Positions 62,073 to 64,000 of a stretch of DNA of 64,000 nt are shown here, one piece after another. Both the position numbers and the translations under genes were made by a program. The stretch is from contig CAWDXG010000004.1 of assembly GCA_963806225.1 (NCBI GenBank), positions 3,072,001 through 3,136,000 of the forward strand, in the 5' to 3' direction. How positions within the stretch are numbered: the stretch's first letter is position 1; each line of letters starts with the position of its first letter. The notes under the pieces are model-generated. The model made no database searches. It worked only from the letters and a program-made list of their open reading frames with translations, and was not told the origin of the DNA. The DNA is from an uncultured delta proteobacterium. Its GTDB lineage: Bacteria > Myxococcota_A > Polyangia > Polyangiales > Polyangiaceae.

Positions 62073-63443
62073 TCACAGGTACACGTGCAGCTGCGCGAGC
62101 AGCTCGAAGGAATCCTGCTGGCGCACCACGCCGTCGAGTCGCGCTTCGAAGTGCGGCAGGAAGAACCAGAACGCGCTGAGCCAACCGCCGAAGCGCGGCT
62201 GGCCGAAACCGGGCGACTTGGCCTGCAGGGTGCTCTGTTCGTAGCCCTCGTCGACAACCTCTCCGGTGGCGTCGAAGTGAAGCCCCTGCACGGGCTCGTA
62301 GTCCGCCTGCAAAAAGCCCGCATAGCCCGGATCGTGGCGGGACTTGAGCAGCGCATCGCCCTCGGCCAGGACGACCACCTGCGGCACGACCGCCACGCGA
62401 GCGAACAGACCATGCGCCTGCCGCAGCGTAGGCTGGTCCTCGAGCGTGGTGATGTCCGCCTGTGCGTGGGTCACAAGGCTGCTGGCGCCTACCGCCGCCC
62501 AGTCCGCCAGCATCCATTCCAGGTACCCGCTGTAGCCGCGCTCGCGGAAGCGATCGGGATTGATCTGGTAGTTGCCCGCGATCGCCATGATCTCGCCGCG
62601 GAACACGTCGCCGTTGTAGGCGAAGGCCACGCCGTGCTGCTGCTCGGATTCGCGATCCGTGCGCGTCGCCGCGCGCACCCACATCACGTGCTCGGGGATG
62701 CGCACGCCGAAGGGCAGGTTGATGCGGCCGGCGCGCAGCAGATACTTCTCGTTGGAAAACGCCCAGCCCAGCCAGTGCGTGCGCGATATCAGGTTGAACT
62801 GATCGCCCTGGTTGGTCGTGATCTGCGCAGCGCGCGTGTAGGCAAACTGCGCCGGCACCTTCGCTACGCCGAGGCTGCCCTCGGCACGGAAGCCGCCGAC
62901 CTCTAGCCCGCCGTACACGTCGGCCATCATCGGGAACGTCCAGAACGTCCTCTGCCCCGCTCTCTTCGCAGGGCGGATGACCGTCATGTGGCGGTAGCTG
63001 CCGCCAACCAGCAGCCAGTCCGGCGGTTTCAGGAGCCCCCACAGAAAGCCCGCCGAGGGGCTGGGGCCGGACGCCTTCGGTGGCGGAGGCGCCGGCTTGG
63101 GCTTGGGCTTGGCCGGCGCGCTGGTGTCGTCGTCGAAGCTGTCGAAGCTGTCGAAGCTGTCCGTCTTCTGCTTCGGCGTTTCCAGGCTGGCGGTCTGGCG
63201 GCCGTAGTGCATCCGCAAGAGCAGGTCGCCCTGGGCGCGGCCGTAGCGGGTCAGGAGCTCTCCGCCCGACGGGTCCATGTGGCAGGTCGTGCAGCCGCCG
63301 TAGCCGTGACGGATCATCCAGGGGTAGGCGTGGGCCTCCGTGCCCGCCAGGAGCACGACCAGCGCCGGGATGCACGCCAACAAGAGGCGCTGGAGGCGGC
63401 GGAAACCCTCGGGACCCCGACCGCACGAACGAAGTCGAAGCAT
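62073..63443 (-). CDS. Monoheme cytochrome c - outer-membrane beta-barrel fusion
   Basis: Signal peptide AHA|YP; CTTCH at 63279-63293; acidic/Pro linker; about 300 aa of amphipathic strands ending QLHVYL. Confidence 0.75.
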   Translation of the reverse strand: MLRLRSCGRGPEGFRRLQRLLLACIPALVVLLAGTEAHAYPWMIRHGYGGCTTCHMDPSGGELLTRYGRAQGDLLLRMHYGRQTASLETPKQKTDSFDSFDSFDDDTSAPAKPKPKPAPPPPKASGPSPSAGFLWGLLKPPDWLLVGGSYRHMTVIRPAKRAGQRTFWTFPMMADVYGGLEVGGFRAEGSLGVAKVPAQFAYTRAAQITTNQGDQFNLISRTHWLGWAFSNEKYLLRAGRINLPFGVRIPEHVMWVRAATRTDRESEQQHGVAFAYNGDVFRGEIMAIAGNYQINPDRFRERGYSGYLEWMLADWAAVGASSLVTHAQADITTLEDQPTLRQAHGLFARVAVVPQVVVLAEGDALLKSRHDPGYAGFLQADYEPVQGLHFDATGEVVDEGYEQSTLQAKSPGFGQPRFGGWLSAFWFFLPHFEARLDGVVRQQDSFELLAQLHVYL

Positions 63444-63490
63444 TGCCGACTTTATCGTCCAGCCCAGGGTGCCGGCGCAAGCCCCGTCGA

Positions 63491-64000
63491 CTACTGCATC
63501 TCGCGCAGCTTGAACTTGACCTTGATCTTCACGTCCGGGTGGACGCACACGCCCAGGTAGCAGGGCACCTCGATGCCGAAGTCGCGGATGTCGACCTCGG
63601 TGAGCCCCTGCACGTGGTAGTCGCTACCGGTGCGCTTGGCGCGGTAGCGGACGGTCACCGGCTTGGTGACGCCGTGCATGGAGAAGCGACCCACCGCGCT
63701 CGACTGCACGGTCTGCTTGTCCGCCGGCATCTTCAGCTTGCTGCGCTCGACCGTGAGGGTCGCGTTTGGGTACTTCTCCGTACCGAGGTAGTGCCTGAGG
63801 TGCCGGTCGCGAAGGGAAATACCTGTCTTCAGGTTCGTGAGGGGCGCGACGACGGTGAGCTTGCCGTCCTTCTCGGAAGCGCTGAGCAGGGAGGAGCGGC
63901 CGTCGATCTTCAAGCCCGCCGGTCCCACGGCGCGGAACTGCACGTCCGGATTGCCGATGCTCTCGAGCTTGGCTGCGGCGACCAGCGCCACGGTCATGAG
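63491..64000 (-). CDS. YceI-family lipid/polyisoprenoid-binding protein (start at or beyond the window edge)
   Basis: LKTGISLRDRHLRHYL..YPNA, SMHGVTKPV, DIRDFGIEVP. Confidence 0.88.
   Translation of the reverse strand, partial: LMTVALVAAAKLESIGNPDVQFRAVGPAGLKIDGRSSLLSASEKDGKLTVVAPLTNLKTGISLRDRHLRHYLGTEKYPNATLTVERSKLKMPADKQTVQSSAVGRFSMHGVTKPVTVRYRAKRTGSDYHVQGLTEVDIRDFGIEVPCYLGVCVHPDVKIKVKFKLREMQ

Overview
High-GC, gene-dense chromosomal window that is most likely from a myxobacterium (Myxococcota, Polyangiales-like). The basis is two MYXO-CTERM proteins, a GltJ/AgmX-like protein, a Ser/Thr kinase-PEGA pair and many Cys-rich lipoproteins. It holds about 53 coding regions: housekeeping genes (recD2, M1 aminopeptidase, fsa/tal, ybeY, HU, lnt, RlmI-like, argD, argF, Fur family, 5-FTHF cyclo-ligase, flap endonuclease), an egtB-egtC/egtD ergothioneine cluster, and many envelope or secreted proteins. 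At least nine genes carry single-base frameshifts, mostly +1, which looks like uncorrected long-read error rather than decay. I recognised no rRNA, tRNA, CRISPR array or intact mobile element. The two best leads are: (1) a YceI / monoheme cytochrome-beta-barrel fusion (Cyc2-like architecture) / MYXO-CTERM-anchored monoheme cytochrome cluster at the right end, a candidate outer-membrane electron conduit; and (2) an intact P1B-ATPase homologue that has lost essentially all catalytic motifs but keeps a TRASH/YHS metal domain and sits directly upstream of a Fur-family gene. All family calls come from reading motifs by eye; no database searches were run.
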